Shown piece after piece: positions 52,311 through 64,000 of a DNA stretch of 64,000 nucleotides (position 1 is the stretch's first letter; every line of letters begins with the position of its first letter). This DNA is from Lama glama (Eukaryota), in the NCBI GenBank assembly GCA_028534125.1, contig CM052817.1, positions 29,266,001-29,330,000 on the forward strand, written 5' to 3'. The notes under the pieces are model-generated. The model saw only the letters and a list, made by a program, of their open reading frames with translations. It had not been told where the DNA came from and searched no databases. The position numbers were made by a program, and so were the translations under genes.

Positions 52311-54128
52311 AAAAAGATTCAAAATGAACTGCTGCTTTCCCCATTGTGCAAATTTCAGCGTATTATCATTCAACTTCTTGTCTAAGCTTTGGTTTCCTCA
52401 TCTGTAACATTGGGATAATATTATAATTCCTATAGGATAGTATGGTTACCACACTTTAACTGTATAATATATATAAGTGCTATATACAGACCAATACTTT
52501 GTACAGCATAAAGTTGATGCTTAAACACTGAGTTTCCTACTTCTTTCTGTGTCACTGGTTTTTAAGGTCTCAGGTGGAAGCTTGTTCAAAACTAGGGAGC
52601 CAAAGTGGGTGGCTGTATCTCATCATCTGAATAGGAGGATGCTCTCTATCCTTTGAAAAGGTCTCAGTGCTCTTAAATCATTTAGCCCCTACTTTGGGTC
52701 CTTTCAAACCAATAATCTCACAAGTTGCTACATCACCAATAGAGAATTCATTCTCACTGAGCTTTTTCCTTATATCTAATCAGTAGTTGCTGGGGCCTAA
52801 AGTTTATGGTCTCAGTTGCTTTTTCTTAATTATATATTGAATAATACTTGATTTAAATATTTCTTCGGTAAGCAATTGTTAACTAATGTACATCTATTAA
52901 TTTTTTTTTCAATTATACTGCTTGCAGTCCATTCAGCATTTTGGCCTTTCCAAATAATCTGAAGGTAAAATAGTCAAAATTAAAACTAAGATATTCTCTT
53001 CTCTGAAGTCATACCTGATTGTACATTTCCTTAAGGTGGACACTGCATTTTCTTTCCCAGAGGAAAAAGCAAAAATGACTAAAAAACCTAACACAGGCTG
53101 AGCCTATTTTGAGTAAGTGGAGAGTGGAGGGGGAGGGTGTCAGCATTCTTCCCTCTTTGCTGTGCTTTGATCACTTTATATGTGAGATTCTAGTTAAAAG
53201 AACATGATTGTAGAAAGAAGCAAGTTTCCAGAAGGCCTGTTATATTAGGACCAACTGAGGAAGTTGGGGATCTTCCTTTTGAAAAGAAGAAAATGGAAAG
53301 AAAATATAATGAAAAAGGACAAAATGCAAGAAAGTATAATATGGTGTACATGAACTTGGTGACCATGTCTCTGTGTCATAGAACAAGGGAGCATGCTGAA
53401 AAGCTCAAAAAGGGTAAATTTAGGGTGCATGAAAGCTTCATCTATCCTCACAGTATATACTAGGGCTAAGGTGTGGTTTACTGTGAAAGGTAGTGAAACA
53501 AGAACAAATTGGTTCACAAATGTTTGGGTAAGTTATAATTTTTTCCTCCTAAATCATAGACCTATATGGATCTTATATATCTTTTTTAAAAAAGCATTAC
53601 ATGAAGCATATAATACAGTTGATTTCAAATAACAAGAGTTACATAATATATGTGGGCAAATAAATGAATGAACTTGTAGGCTGACTTGACAGGTGTTTAT
53701 TGTGTGGCCTCTATTGAATGTCCCGTTTCATTCCAGGAGCCTAAAATTCAGACTCGAAGCGTTGTGCTTGAGGAGCTTATAGTCCAGTTGATCGAGAAAA
53801 CAATAAGCAAAGTTAATAAGTAAAATACTTATCATCTTAGACGATGGGAAGCTCTGTGGTAAAAAAATAATGCAAGGAAGTTGGATGGAGTTGATAGGGA
53901 CTTTTTCACTTAAAATTAAAAGATGTAGGAAAAATAGCACTGAGGTGATATTTGCATGAAGATCCAAAGCAGGTAAAGGAATCATCTATGCAAACATCTG
54001 GGGGAGGGGTTTTCCAGATGTTTCAGGAACTATGAAAAGGTCAGTACGACTGAAACAGGGTTATGGACAGATGTGGGGGTTAGTAGTTTTTAAAGAGAGC
54101 AGAAAAGTACGTGGATCATTTTCAGGGG

Positions 54129-54280
54129 CGGTGCTTCTCAAATGTTAATTTGCATGTGAGCCACCTGTGTGTCACAATAAACGAAGACTCTGACTTAGGA
54201 AGTCCAGAGACCTTCCATTTTGTGCAGGCCCTCTCGGGATGCTGTTGCTCCTGGTCCGTAGATCACACTTTGAACAGCAA
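54129..54280. mobile_element. MER5-like hAT-Charlie MITE
   Basis: GTGCTTCTCAAA...GATGCTGTTGCTCCTGGTCC...CACACTTTGAACAGCA. Confidence 0.7.
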
Positions 54281-54353
54281 AAAAAAAAAACAAAAAAAAA
54301 AACCAAAAACCGGGACATGTGTAGCATTGTGAAGATTTTGGATTTACTTTGAA

Positions 54354-54830
54354 TGTTGTGGATTGAACTGTGACCTTCTACAGAAAAAAAAAAAAAAAGA
54401 TACGCTCAAATGCTACCTCCCAGGGTATATGACCTTATTTGGAAATAGGATCTTTGCAGATGTCATCAGTTTAAGCTAAGGTCATCACACATTGTGGCAT
54501 GGAAGGGGGCATTACTACAATAACTAATGTCCTTATAAGAAGAGGAAATTTGGACAGAGACACACAGTAGAGAAGGCCATGAGAGGATGGAGGCAGAGCT
54601 AGCAGTGATGCAGCTACAAGTCAAGGAACACTAACGATTGCTGCCAACCACTAGGAAGAAACTAGGAAGAAACAAGGAATAATTCTCCCTTGAGCCTTCA
54701 GAGAGGATGGCTCTGCTGAGTCCTTAATTTCAGACGTCTAGCCTCTAAAACTGTGACAGAGAAATTCCCCGTTGTATTAAGCCACCCAGGATGTGGTAAT
54801 TAGTTACAGAAGCCCAAGGAAACTAATACA
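54354..54830 (+). mobile_element. MaLR solo LTR (MLT1C-like)
   Basis: GACCTTATTTGGAAATAGGATCTTTGCAGATG...GGAAACTAATACA. Confidence 0.9.
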
Positions 54831-55555
54831 CTGAGTGAGGGGGAGACTTAAACCATCAGATGGTTTGAGGGAGAAGAATGGCTCAATCTGGCTGCAGAGA
54901 TGAGGCTGGAAGCAGGCGGGGCAGCCCAGAAGCAGGGAGATCAGTTTGGAGGCTCCAGCAGTAAACTGAACTGGCTAGTGAAGAGATGAGGGTGGTTTGA
55001 ATCAGGGTGGCAGTGATGGTGGAGAGACAGGGACATCCTCCAAGTTGATTCTGAAGCTCGTGTCAACAAGGTTTGTTCATACAGTGTGCGTTATGAAAGA
55101 ATCAGGGGAGTTAAAGATGAAAACAAGGTATGGGGGCTTAAAGAGAAGGATGGAGTATGCTAAATGAGATGGGGAAGATGGTGGGAGGAGAAGTGGGGAG
55201 AATGATGGAGGTTAAGAGCTCTGTTTTTGGGTCTGTGAAGTGTGAGATGTCTACTGCACCTCGACCAGAGATGGCAGGTAGACAACTTGGTGTGTGTCTG
55301 GAACCCAGGAGTTTCAGTTGGAAATAGAACTGTTAAGAGTTCTTAAGAGAAATCACTGTATTTGGGAAAGATGCACTAACATTGTAAGATCGATGTCAGG
55401 AAGGAGGGTTATGTACTTCTAAACCATGATCTTTAGTGTCAGTCCTCATAAATTATACTGGGCCATGTGTCTGCCCTTGACATTTCTGACATTTGTTGTA
55501 AAAAGTACCAAGAAGTAATAGTTAGGAGATGGATTTTTTTTTCCTTCTTAGGGCT

Positions 55556-56031
55556 TGCTGTAGCCCAAATTGTGTCAACCCCAGAATCTGTGTATTTAAG
55601 CCCTAACCCCTAATGTGATGATTTGTATGGTGGCATTTGGAGATGGGGCCTTTGGGAATAAATTAGGTTTAGATGAGGTCATGAGGGTCAGGATCTCATA
55701 ATAAGATTAGTGCCTTTATAGAAACAGCACCTGTCTGTCTGTCTGTCTGTCTGCTCTCTTCCCTTCTTTCTCTCTCTCCACCTTCCTCTGCTCCTAGATT
55801 CTCTACATTGAATTATTTCTGTATAAATGTGTAAATCAACCCTCCTGCCTACCATGAGGACACAGTGAGAAGGTGGCCATCTGCAAGCCAGAAAGAGAGC
55901 TCTCATCGCAACCCAACCATGCTGTCACCCTGATCTTGGGCTTCCAGCCTCCAGATACATGAGACTGCATTTCTGTTGTTTAAGCCATCTCGTCTGGAAT
56001 TTTGTTACGGCAGCCCAAGCTGACTAAGACA
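55556..56031 (+). mobile_element. MaLR solo LTR (MLT1A-like)
   Basis: TG...CA ends with perfect 5-bp TSD GGGCT; TTTGGAGATGGGGCCTTTGGG; GCAGCCCAAGCTGACTAAGACA. Confidence 0.92.
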
Positions 56032-57224
56032 GGGCTGTTTTTATAAATTCTGACTTTCTGTAACTTTAACTCTTCCAAGATAAACAGTTGGTCTGACAGG
56101 CATACTCATTATTGTCTGCTAACTTTAAATTTGATGCCTCAGTGTGAAAAGCATGACCTCACTTGGATTTGTGTGATACTTTGAAACCTCATACCAGATC
56201 AAGAATGGGGAACTTTCACTGTTTAGTATTTGCAATAAAAATCAGTCACTCGGAGGTGGACCTGTGTTCACCAGGCTTGCTGAAGAAGCAGGAGTCATGT
56301 TGCACGTATGAAATATCACCTACTATTTACTTGGATCACATACATTTTCTGTTTTTATCTTAGATACTTTCACCTCAGAAAGTGTGTTACTATCAGGAAT
56401 TACTTATAGATGTAGTAATATAGTGATTCCTTTCATCACCATTTTAAGAAAAGTCTTGTCCATTTATGGGGACCGGAGGCGGGGTCGGGGAGACACACAG
56501 ATGTCGAGCTCTGCCTGTGACGTGGAAGGTATGTTTGTCTGCAGTAACAGAAAACCTGTTGTTACTGCAAAGAGACCCTGTAGCTCTTTAAAAAAAAAAA
56601 AATGAAGCGGTCGTTTTGACCTCCATCTGTGTGACTATTTGTCTCTCACTTGGTTTAAGACTCTGACAGGGGAAAGACTGTTTATCAAGCCCTCCAGGCC
56701 CAATATGGGCCCAGGAGGGAGAAAAACCCACCTGTATTGAGATGGCTGATCAATCTAAGTGACAAAACTACAGCTACCGTCCTGGTTTTCTTGTCCATTG
56801 CCAAAAAAAAAATGACCTAGTCTGACCTCCTCTAATTAGGCCATGTTGAGCAACAGAAATCCTACTTGCGCATTTCTCTAGGCACAGGGAATGGCTGTTT
56901 CAGATAGCGGGTTTCTAATTTGCTCTTCTGAGGAATGAACTTCGCATGGAAGATGATTAGGTATTTGTAATCTTTAGATTTTTTTTTAATTGATTTAAAG
57001 TCATGCTGTTTCTAAGTGTTCCTGTTTGTACTTTGAGGTATTGTTGTGGCTGACAAAATGGTGTTATCACCACTGGATCTACCTGTGATCATCAAGGTAA
57101 CAGGTAGCATTCATGAATTTTAAAATACACGCTTAATAAATTGGCTATTATAGATAGCTTTTGTGTCACAAAACTGATATGAAAACTAGGATATGCATTT
57201 AAATTCAACACTGGTAGAGCATGA

Positions 57225-57370
57225 TCTGTGGTGTGTGCTGAGTCAGGCGTAGTAGTGAGATTGACTCATTACACATGAGCAAGTTGTATGTCGTAAACCT
57301 CCGACTGTGACTGTGACTGTGACAGACGCAGTGCATTCCTGCTGTTCCTATTTTATTTGACTCACTGTCA
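57225..57370. promoter_or_regulatory. Candidate AP-1/NRF2-type enhancer
   Basis: TGCTGAGTCA (57236-57245), TGACTCA (57262, 57358), TGTGGT (57227), CATTCC (57334); motif evidence only. Confidence 0.45.
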
Positions 57371-57616
57371 TACACAGCTGATACCATGTTAACTTCTTGA
57401 TCACACATCAGTTCTCTTTCCTAAACCTCCTACAATAAGTTTGACCATAAGATCTACTTATTCATTTTAAAACTTTTTGCTAACATTCGCTCCCTCTGAA
57501 GCTACACTTTGCTCAAATAAGAGTCTGTGTCTCACCCTATGCCAATTACCAAGATTCTCTACATTGAATTATTTCTGTATAAATGTGTAAATCAACACAG
57601 TTCCTATCTTCTAATT

Positions 57617-57795
57617 CAGTGCATCTCAAAACTGCAGCCTACTTACTGACCAATGGCATCAGCGTCACCTGGACTTCATTAGAAATGAAAATTATCAGGT
57701 CTTATTGTACACCTGCTTTGTCTGAGGCTCAGGGATCTGGGTTTTCACAAGCCCTCCGTATGATGCTGATGCCTGATACAGTTTAAGATCCACTG
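57617..57795. mobile_element. MER5A-like hAT-Charlie MITE
   Basis: CAGTGCATCTCAAA...GCATCAGCGTCACCTGG...TTAGAAATG...AGTTTAAGATCCACTG. Confidence 0.85.
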
Positions 57796-59899
57796 TTGTG
57801 TTTGGTTAAGTAATCAAAGAAATAGCACCGGCATGGATTACACAGCCTATGAAACATAGTTCCTGATTTTCTAAAGACAGGGCATTAAGAAGCAGGTCTA
57901 TTTTGTGTCCCATTAGATAGATTCTGTTACTAAAGATTAAAAAAATTTTCTTGTATGAAGTTCTTATTGAAGTTATTATCACTCTATTCCAAGAGTTATA
58001 TGTTCTGAGGGTAAACCTGAACAAATCTCAAACATACTAAGAAATGATCCAACACATACGGAACTAAATATTACAATACTTAGGAAACTTTTCTTTTACT
58101 TAAAATACATATATTTAAAAACATATATGGTTTAAACATTCAGTTTATTTTGATATTAAATAAGAGCATATGGCCCAAATATTAAAAATGATGAACTAAA
58201 TTCTAAGCCTAATGGGATTTCTTTCCTTTTCTCTTCTGCACCTGCATAAAGACCTGACCCTGAGTGGCTCTGTCGGCAACGGAAATAATGAGCCCTTCCA
58301 CTGCACTTCACCTTTCAGTCATGTAATCTGATCATCGGCTCTCTCATAAAGGCTCTAAAATTCGTAGGTACTGCTGACTTTGATTCTTCCTCGTGTTTGT
58401 TGCTCTCTGATGGCATATGTGATACTTAAAGAGTTACAGTCACTCCTTCAGGGGGCATTTAGTATTTTGAAGCCCATAGTTTAGACAATATTTTTCCACT
58501 ACAGAAAGACTGAGGCTGGAGAAGAATCGAAAGTAAACTGTCAATCTTAAAGACATTGAAGAACCTTACAGCAGAGGAAGAGCAGGGTCACCCCTCCCGT
58601 GAGCTGCAAAGCAGGGACTGGTGGCTGGTACCATCTGCCCCTCCCCTGTGCTTCCAGCTTGCAGTCATGCTTGCACTGAATGGGAAAAATCTCCTTGGGG
58701 TGGGCATGGGTCTGGCCTCAAGTGCTCCTGCTCAGTTATGGCTTCCTTTGCCATATGATCTCTCCACGGCCCCCTGGAATAATCAAAACCTTTTAATCTT
58801 ACCTCACACTGTGAATAGCTGAGTGTCATACGGTGGTAGTAATTGGGAAAAAATGACTCAAACATTTCCAAAATTTGTAAAGTTTTCATTGTCACTTAAG
58901 GGACCTCTGCTCTTTAAGTGTTTTGAAATACTTTTCAAAGCAACTATTCTCTCTGGCCAATGAGTTGTGACAAGTTTTCTATTTTTAACCTTTTTTCTTT
59001 GTAAGACAATGTTGGAAGAAAAGAGTGGAGAAAAGATCAAATTGACTGAGAAAACCCTATACTGAATATGATTAAGTTTTTATTAGTTGAAAAAATTCAG
59101 TGTTTTCTAACTATAGAAGTGGCAATTTCAGGTTCTAATATATCCAAAGAATAGGAGCTCTAGTTAGATATTAAGATATCTTATAGGAAAAATGAATTTG
59201 ATATATTTCTGGCGTTTTTTAAATTGTCTAACATTCATATCCAGTACATTCATTTTTAAATGTATTTTTATTGTATTTGTATAAAGGATTATCATCAATA
59301 GAGTGGTAGCTTTTTTTCTATCTCCTTAAAGAGTCGGATGAGAAATGGACTGAATCATTATTTTAAAAAAATTCATTAGGATATAATTAATAATCAAAAT
59401 ATGCTGATTATCAAGATGATTTATTACTTGAACTTGGCTACCAAGGTTATGTTCAACTTGAGTTGAAAAGTTTCTTGAAATTTTGAGAAATTGTTTTTCA
59501 AATTACAACATTTTTTGAGGGTTTAAGAATTTTTATTTTTAGTCTTTGGACATAGTTCTATGCTATTATTTGTCTCTTGCTGTTGCTATTCTATGGTTTA
59601 GAATTTCTCCATTCTCAACTGAATGCAAAAACCCTTATAGCTCTCAATAAGTAGCAACACTGGAAAATAAAAACTAATGAGATATGGTACTCACTCTTAG
59701 GGAACCACAAAAGGTATTTGGAGACATACAGGAGACATTCTACCAGGCCATTGGATCTTTAAAGAGTCAGTTCAAGTATCATTATCCATGTGAATATTTT
59801 CCTGATTCTGAGAGGATGTTTTGTCTTCACCAATATGGTAGCAATTACTGCATCGGATTGCCTATGATGCTACAGGTAGCATGTTAAAAGGGTATCAGA

Positions 59900-60050
59900 A
59901 CATTCAGAACGTTCAAGAATTGGAAGTATTTTGGAGATGACTTATCTCAATATTCCTGGATTCTCCAGACAAAGATATGGAGGCATAGAGAGGTTAAATG
60001 ACTTTCTCGAGGATGCAAAGTTAGTTGGTAGCATGTTTTGTGTCCTTTAT
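59900..60050 (-). mobile_element. MIR fragment
   Basis: GGAGGCATAGAGAGGTTAAATGACTTTCTC...AGTTAGTTGGTAGC. Confidence 0.65.
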
Positions 60051-61249
60051 GAACTTCTGAATCAATAAAACGTAATTATATCATAAAATGATTAAGTAAA
60101 TCATTAGGCAATTAAATAGTATTTGGTAATTAAAACTTTATTAATAAATTATACCTAAAACCAATACATTGTTCCACTTAGCACAATCATTCCTTCTTAA
60201 GTATCCTTCTTTTGTACAAGTAGAATTGTATTTTTGCTTTGGCTTTAAACTCAAAAATTATTTAGGTGATGACTTCTTACATATAAAATGGGAAGGAGGG
60301 AGAATGTGCATGTGACTGTATGCTCTGGATAACCTCTTAGAAAATGCCTAAGACGCAGTTTGTAATATCATCACAAAATAACCAATGCTGTAGTCTATAT
60401 ACAAAATGGTATTATGTGTATCAGCGTTGTGAGCCCAGGAGGGTGGACAAAGAGGGTTGTCATTGTAAAGCTACTGCCCAGCAGGATGGCTTTTGCAGGG
60501 TTAGGATGACACAGGTTATTTCTTCCCCTGTGAACAAAGAGCTTGTCACCTCCTCAGCACATCCTTTCTCCCCTGCATGGGGTTGTGTGGCCCATGCTGA
60601 CTTTCAAATCTTAACCTGCAAAAAAATCTTTTTAGAAATACCTTTCATTACAGTCAGTTTAGAAAGATGCTTGCAAGCTGAATTTAATGGTGAATCAGTC
60701 ATTGTAAGAGCTTACTATTTCTTCTATAAAAGAGGTATGTTTTGTCTTGGAAAAGCACTATATGCTTAAATCATATTGGCTGTATTTCTCCTCTTAATTA
60801 TCAAATGTATTCGATGTTCATTTTCTACTAGTATTTTCTACCGAGCATTTTGAGAGTGCATTTCACCAGTTTCTCAATTCAAAGTAAGTATTTTAAGTAC
60901 ATTTATTCACTTAGTCATTCAATTTTCTTTGAGGTTCAACAAGGTGCCAGATATTGTCATTTCCCTGATAATGTATGTGAGGCCCTGAAGGTGTTTAATG
61001 AATTTTCAGCTACTTTGAATATTGCCGTTAAAAGTTTTCAAATGGTTAAGGTTTTCTTTCCTTCCTTTATTATTTCCTTTTTTTTTTTTTTTTTTTTTTT
61101 TTGGTCTGGTAAGGCAGAGATGCATTGTGCACTTCACTGGGGGCACATGTGCCAGACTCTTCTCTTTTAGTGATGTTAGCAGCTGCAGATGGTCATTGCC
61201 TTGACTCAGTTCAGTCAAGCACCTTGATTCAGGTGCTACAAAATCAGTA

Positions 61250-62570
61250 TTCTTTTTTTTTTAATCAACCAAAGTCCATAATTTACATTAGGGTTTACTC
61301 TTAGTGTACATCCTATGGGTTTTGACAAATGCATAATAACATAGCCACCACTATAGTATCATACAGAATAATTTCATTGCCCTAAAAATCCCTTGTGCTC
61401 CATCTGTTCATTCCTCCCTCCCTCCCCTCTCCCCAAACCCCTGGAAACCACGATCTTTTTATTGTTTCTGTAGCTGTGCCTTTTCCAGAATGTTACTTGG
61501 TTGGAATGATACAGTTAGACTGGCTTCTTTCATTTAGTAATATGTCTTTTAAGTATAAATAATGTTACTGTTAATAGCAGGTGTATGTATCTTTTTGAAT
61601 TAATTATTATTTTGTGGTTGGCTTTATTCCTTTGATAACTATGTAAGTTTAAAAAGCTAAAGCTCTAAACATTCTTATAAACAATGAATAGTACATATAT
61701 GTAAATTAAAAAATAAATGTGCAGGGAAAAAAAATCTATTAAGCCATGAAAACCTTGGAAGAAACTTAAGAAACTCAATAATAGTATTCTAATTATGTCA
61801 TTCCTTCTTCATTTATTAGTTAGATGACTTATAAACAAAAACTTGTCCTTATCAAATTTTGATTACCCTTAGGTACACTTTCTAGAGGAAAGACAGTATA
61901 AATATTTTGTCTTTTCCCCTTCATTTTCCAGTTTTCATGATGATGATTTGGTTCCTTGACATCTTTTAAATTTGACCACTGAGTTTTGTTTTGTTTTATT
62001 TCGTGTTGTTTTAAATATCATCATAAACTGATGGAATTAAATATATTTAATGTGTTGTAATTCATTGCATTTATTATCTTACTGGTACTCAAATGGTTGG
62101 TTCTGTCTGGCCCATGGGAGCCTGTTAAATGGATCCTAGTAGTCTTTAACAGCTTCCTTAATTTCTGATATGACAAGATATGCCAGACTAATTTTGTACA
62201 TATCTTGATCCAAATCAGGAATTTGACATTTCTCTATGGAAATCTGGTTTCTTTTAGTGAGACATTGTACTTAGTGATGAAATTCTGGACACTAGACATG
62301 TTCATTGCTACTGAGTGGTCATTGTTTCCAGGCATTTTCAGTACACACACATAATTTCTGTGTGTGTGTGTGTATGTATAAGTCATGAATTTATAGTCAT
62401 ATTTCTAATTAAGATTTAGCACAATATGATTTTTTATTTAACTGTACTAATCTTAAAACTATATCTCCTTTCTCCTTAGGAAAAGAAAAAAAAATACCCT
62501 CTGTTTTCAATGTCACCAACGTAATTTCTCATTTGCTTTATCCCATCCCACACCAGCAGCAGTGTCAGAG
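61250..62570 (-). mobile_element. Old L1 (L1MC-like) fragments
   Basis: TACATTAGGGTTTACTCTT...ATAGTATCATACAGAATAATTTCATTGCCCTAAAAATCCC; CTGATATGACAAGATATGCCAGACT; short plus-oriented piece near 61700-61770. Confidence 0.7.
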
Positions 62571-62599
62571 TACAGTACCAGTACTACGCACAGAGTGCT

Positions 62600-63190
62600 G
62601 GAAAAAAAATTCTAGAATAGACTAAGCTCTCACTTAGCATCTAGATTTAACAATAAAATTCCTAGAGAATCACACAAAAGAGAGAGGTGTTAAACAGTAT
62701 TCAAGAATATAATCAGTAAAATTCACAGTGTAGGAAACCTCATGGGACAAATGATGTGAGTTTTTCAACCACAAAGACAAAAAATGTAAGGAAAAATAAG
62801 GTGAAAATATACATTAAAAGAGGATTAAGAGACATTTTAGTAGTTCGTATGGACTTTATTTTGGAATTCAGTTAAAACAAATGGTTACAAAAGACAGTTG
62901 TGGACTACATTTCTGATGATACTAAGGGATTATTTTAAATAATTTTAGGTGTAATGAATTTTAATGATTTAATGATTTTAGGTGTGATAATGTTATTGTA
63001 CTTGTTACACATGTTGAATACTTACCGATGAGATTATATGTCTGAAATTTATTTCAGAATAAATGAAGCAAGATTAGCCCTGAATTGACAAATGCTGTTG
63101 ATGGTTGTTGGATATATGATGGTTGTTACACACTTTCTCTTATTTTATATTTCTTTGAAATTATCTATATACAATGTTAAAAATTCAAGT
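62600..63190 (+). mobile_element. Old L1 (L1MC/ME-like) 3' fragment
   Basis: TTTTAGGTGTGATAATG...GATTAGCCCTGAATTGACAAATGCTG. Confidence 0.6.
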
Positions 63191-64000
63191 AGTTTTTATG
63201 AATGGAATTTGCTTTTTAGGACAGAATTGTCTTAGAATATATGTATAGTGTAATTTTCTCTAAAGATTCTGAAAATGTATATTTAACAGAGTTATTGGCT
63301 TTTAAAACCTAAGAATTTGGCTTAAAGTACCTTCCACATGCAGAAACTAGTATATTTTAGTTTCTGGATATTATAGTGTAAAAGTATTGTTTGGGTTGCT
63401 TATTAGTTAATAAAACAAAAAGGAAAAATTGATCCGAATATGGAAATGAGAATAAAAGTAAAGTCCAAAATAATGTTCATAGACTTTTTCCCTCTTTGGT
63501 CATGATTTCTACTCCCACAAGTGAAAAAAAAAATGTGTGCTGTGAAATTCTTATGTCTTGTCCAAATTCTAGAAGCCATAATGAGACTTTGAAGTTGCAG
63601 CAAGGCAGACCCACTCAATTCTGGTAGCCAAACTCAAAAAGGATGACTGAGAAGTTAAGTGAAAACATACATATGGAAGGGGGAGAACATAACCCACAGC
63701 CATGTAATTTAGTGCCCCCCCACCCCGTGATTTCCAAAGCGCCTGATCTGGTTGGTTGGATGTTGTAGCAAAAATGTTTAAGTAGATGGAATACTAGTGT
63801 TTGAGAGGCTGGGAATATCATAGTTTCAAAGGATTTTGTCAAACATCACGAAGTAGAAGCTAGTAGAAGGGGGCAAATATCTGTAACTGGGTAACTGAAA
63901 GCAATTTTTTCTCTCTGTTCCTCCAGATCATACACAGTTTCTTTTAATGGTAGTTACAGATAGTTTACTGCTTAAAATAAGATTGTTCATATTTTGAAAT

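Larger units (their letters stand above)
53650..55350 (-). mobile_element. L2, interrupted by MER5 and MLT1C
   Basis: L2 motifs before and after the insertions (GGAGCTTATAGTCCAG; AGCAGGGAGATCAGTTTGGAGGCT; GATGGGGAAGA). Confidence 0.7.

Noticed and set aside
60344..60769. 141-aa plus-strand ORF (longest in the window)
   Set aside because: No recognisable homology and composition typical of random AT-rich DNA.

Overview
This is AT-rich mammalian genomic DNA, most likely from a camelid. The main evidence is a Vic-1-like tRNA-derived SINE with target-site duplications (TSDs) at 49.5 kb; no ruminant or pig SINEs were seen. I could not support any protein-coding exon or RNA gene, so the window looks intronic or intergenic. 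A large part of it is interspersed repeats: MIR, L2, old and young L1, MaLR/ERV LTRs, and Tigger and hAT MITEs. Between them are unique stretches with enhancer-like motif clusters. The most notable structures are: (1) a 2.3-kb TSD-flanked L1 keeping its 5'UTR, the start of ORF1 and its 3' end but lacking nearly all of ORF2; (2) a perfect 45-bp templated copy of nearby unique DNA inserted into an MLT1 LTR; (3) an L1 with a chimeric 3' end; (4) an unclassified ~175-bp inverted-repeat element; and (5) AP-1/ARE and TCF/FOX motif clusters. I found no convincing new gene system. Repeat family names come from recalled consensus sequences, not a database search, and boundaries without TSDs are approximate.
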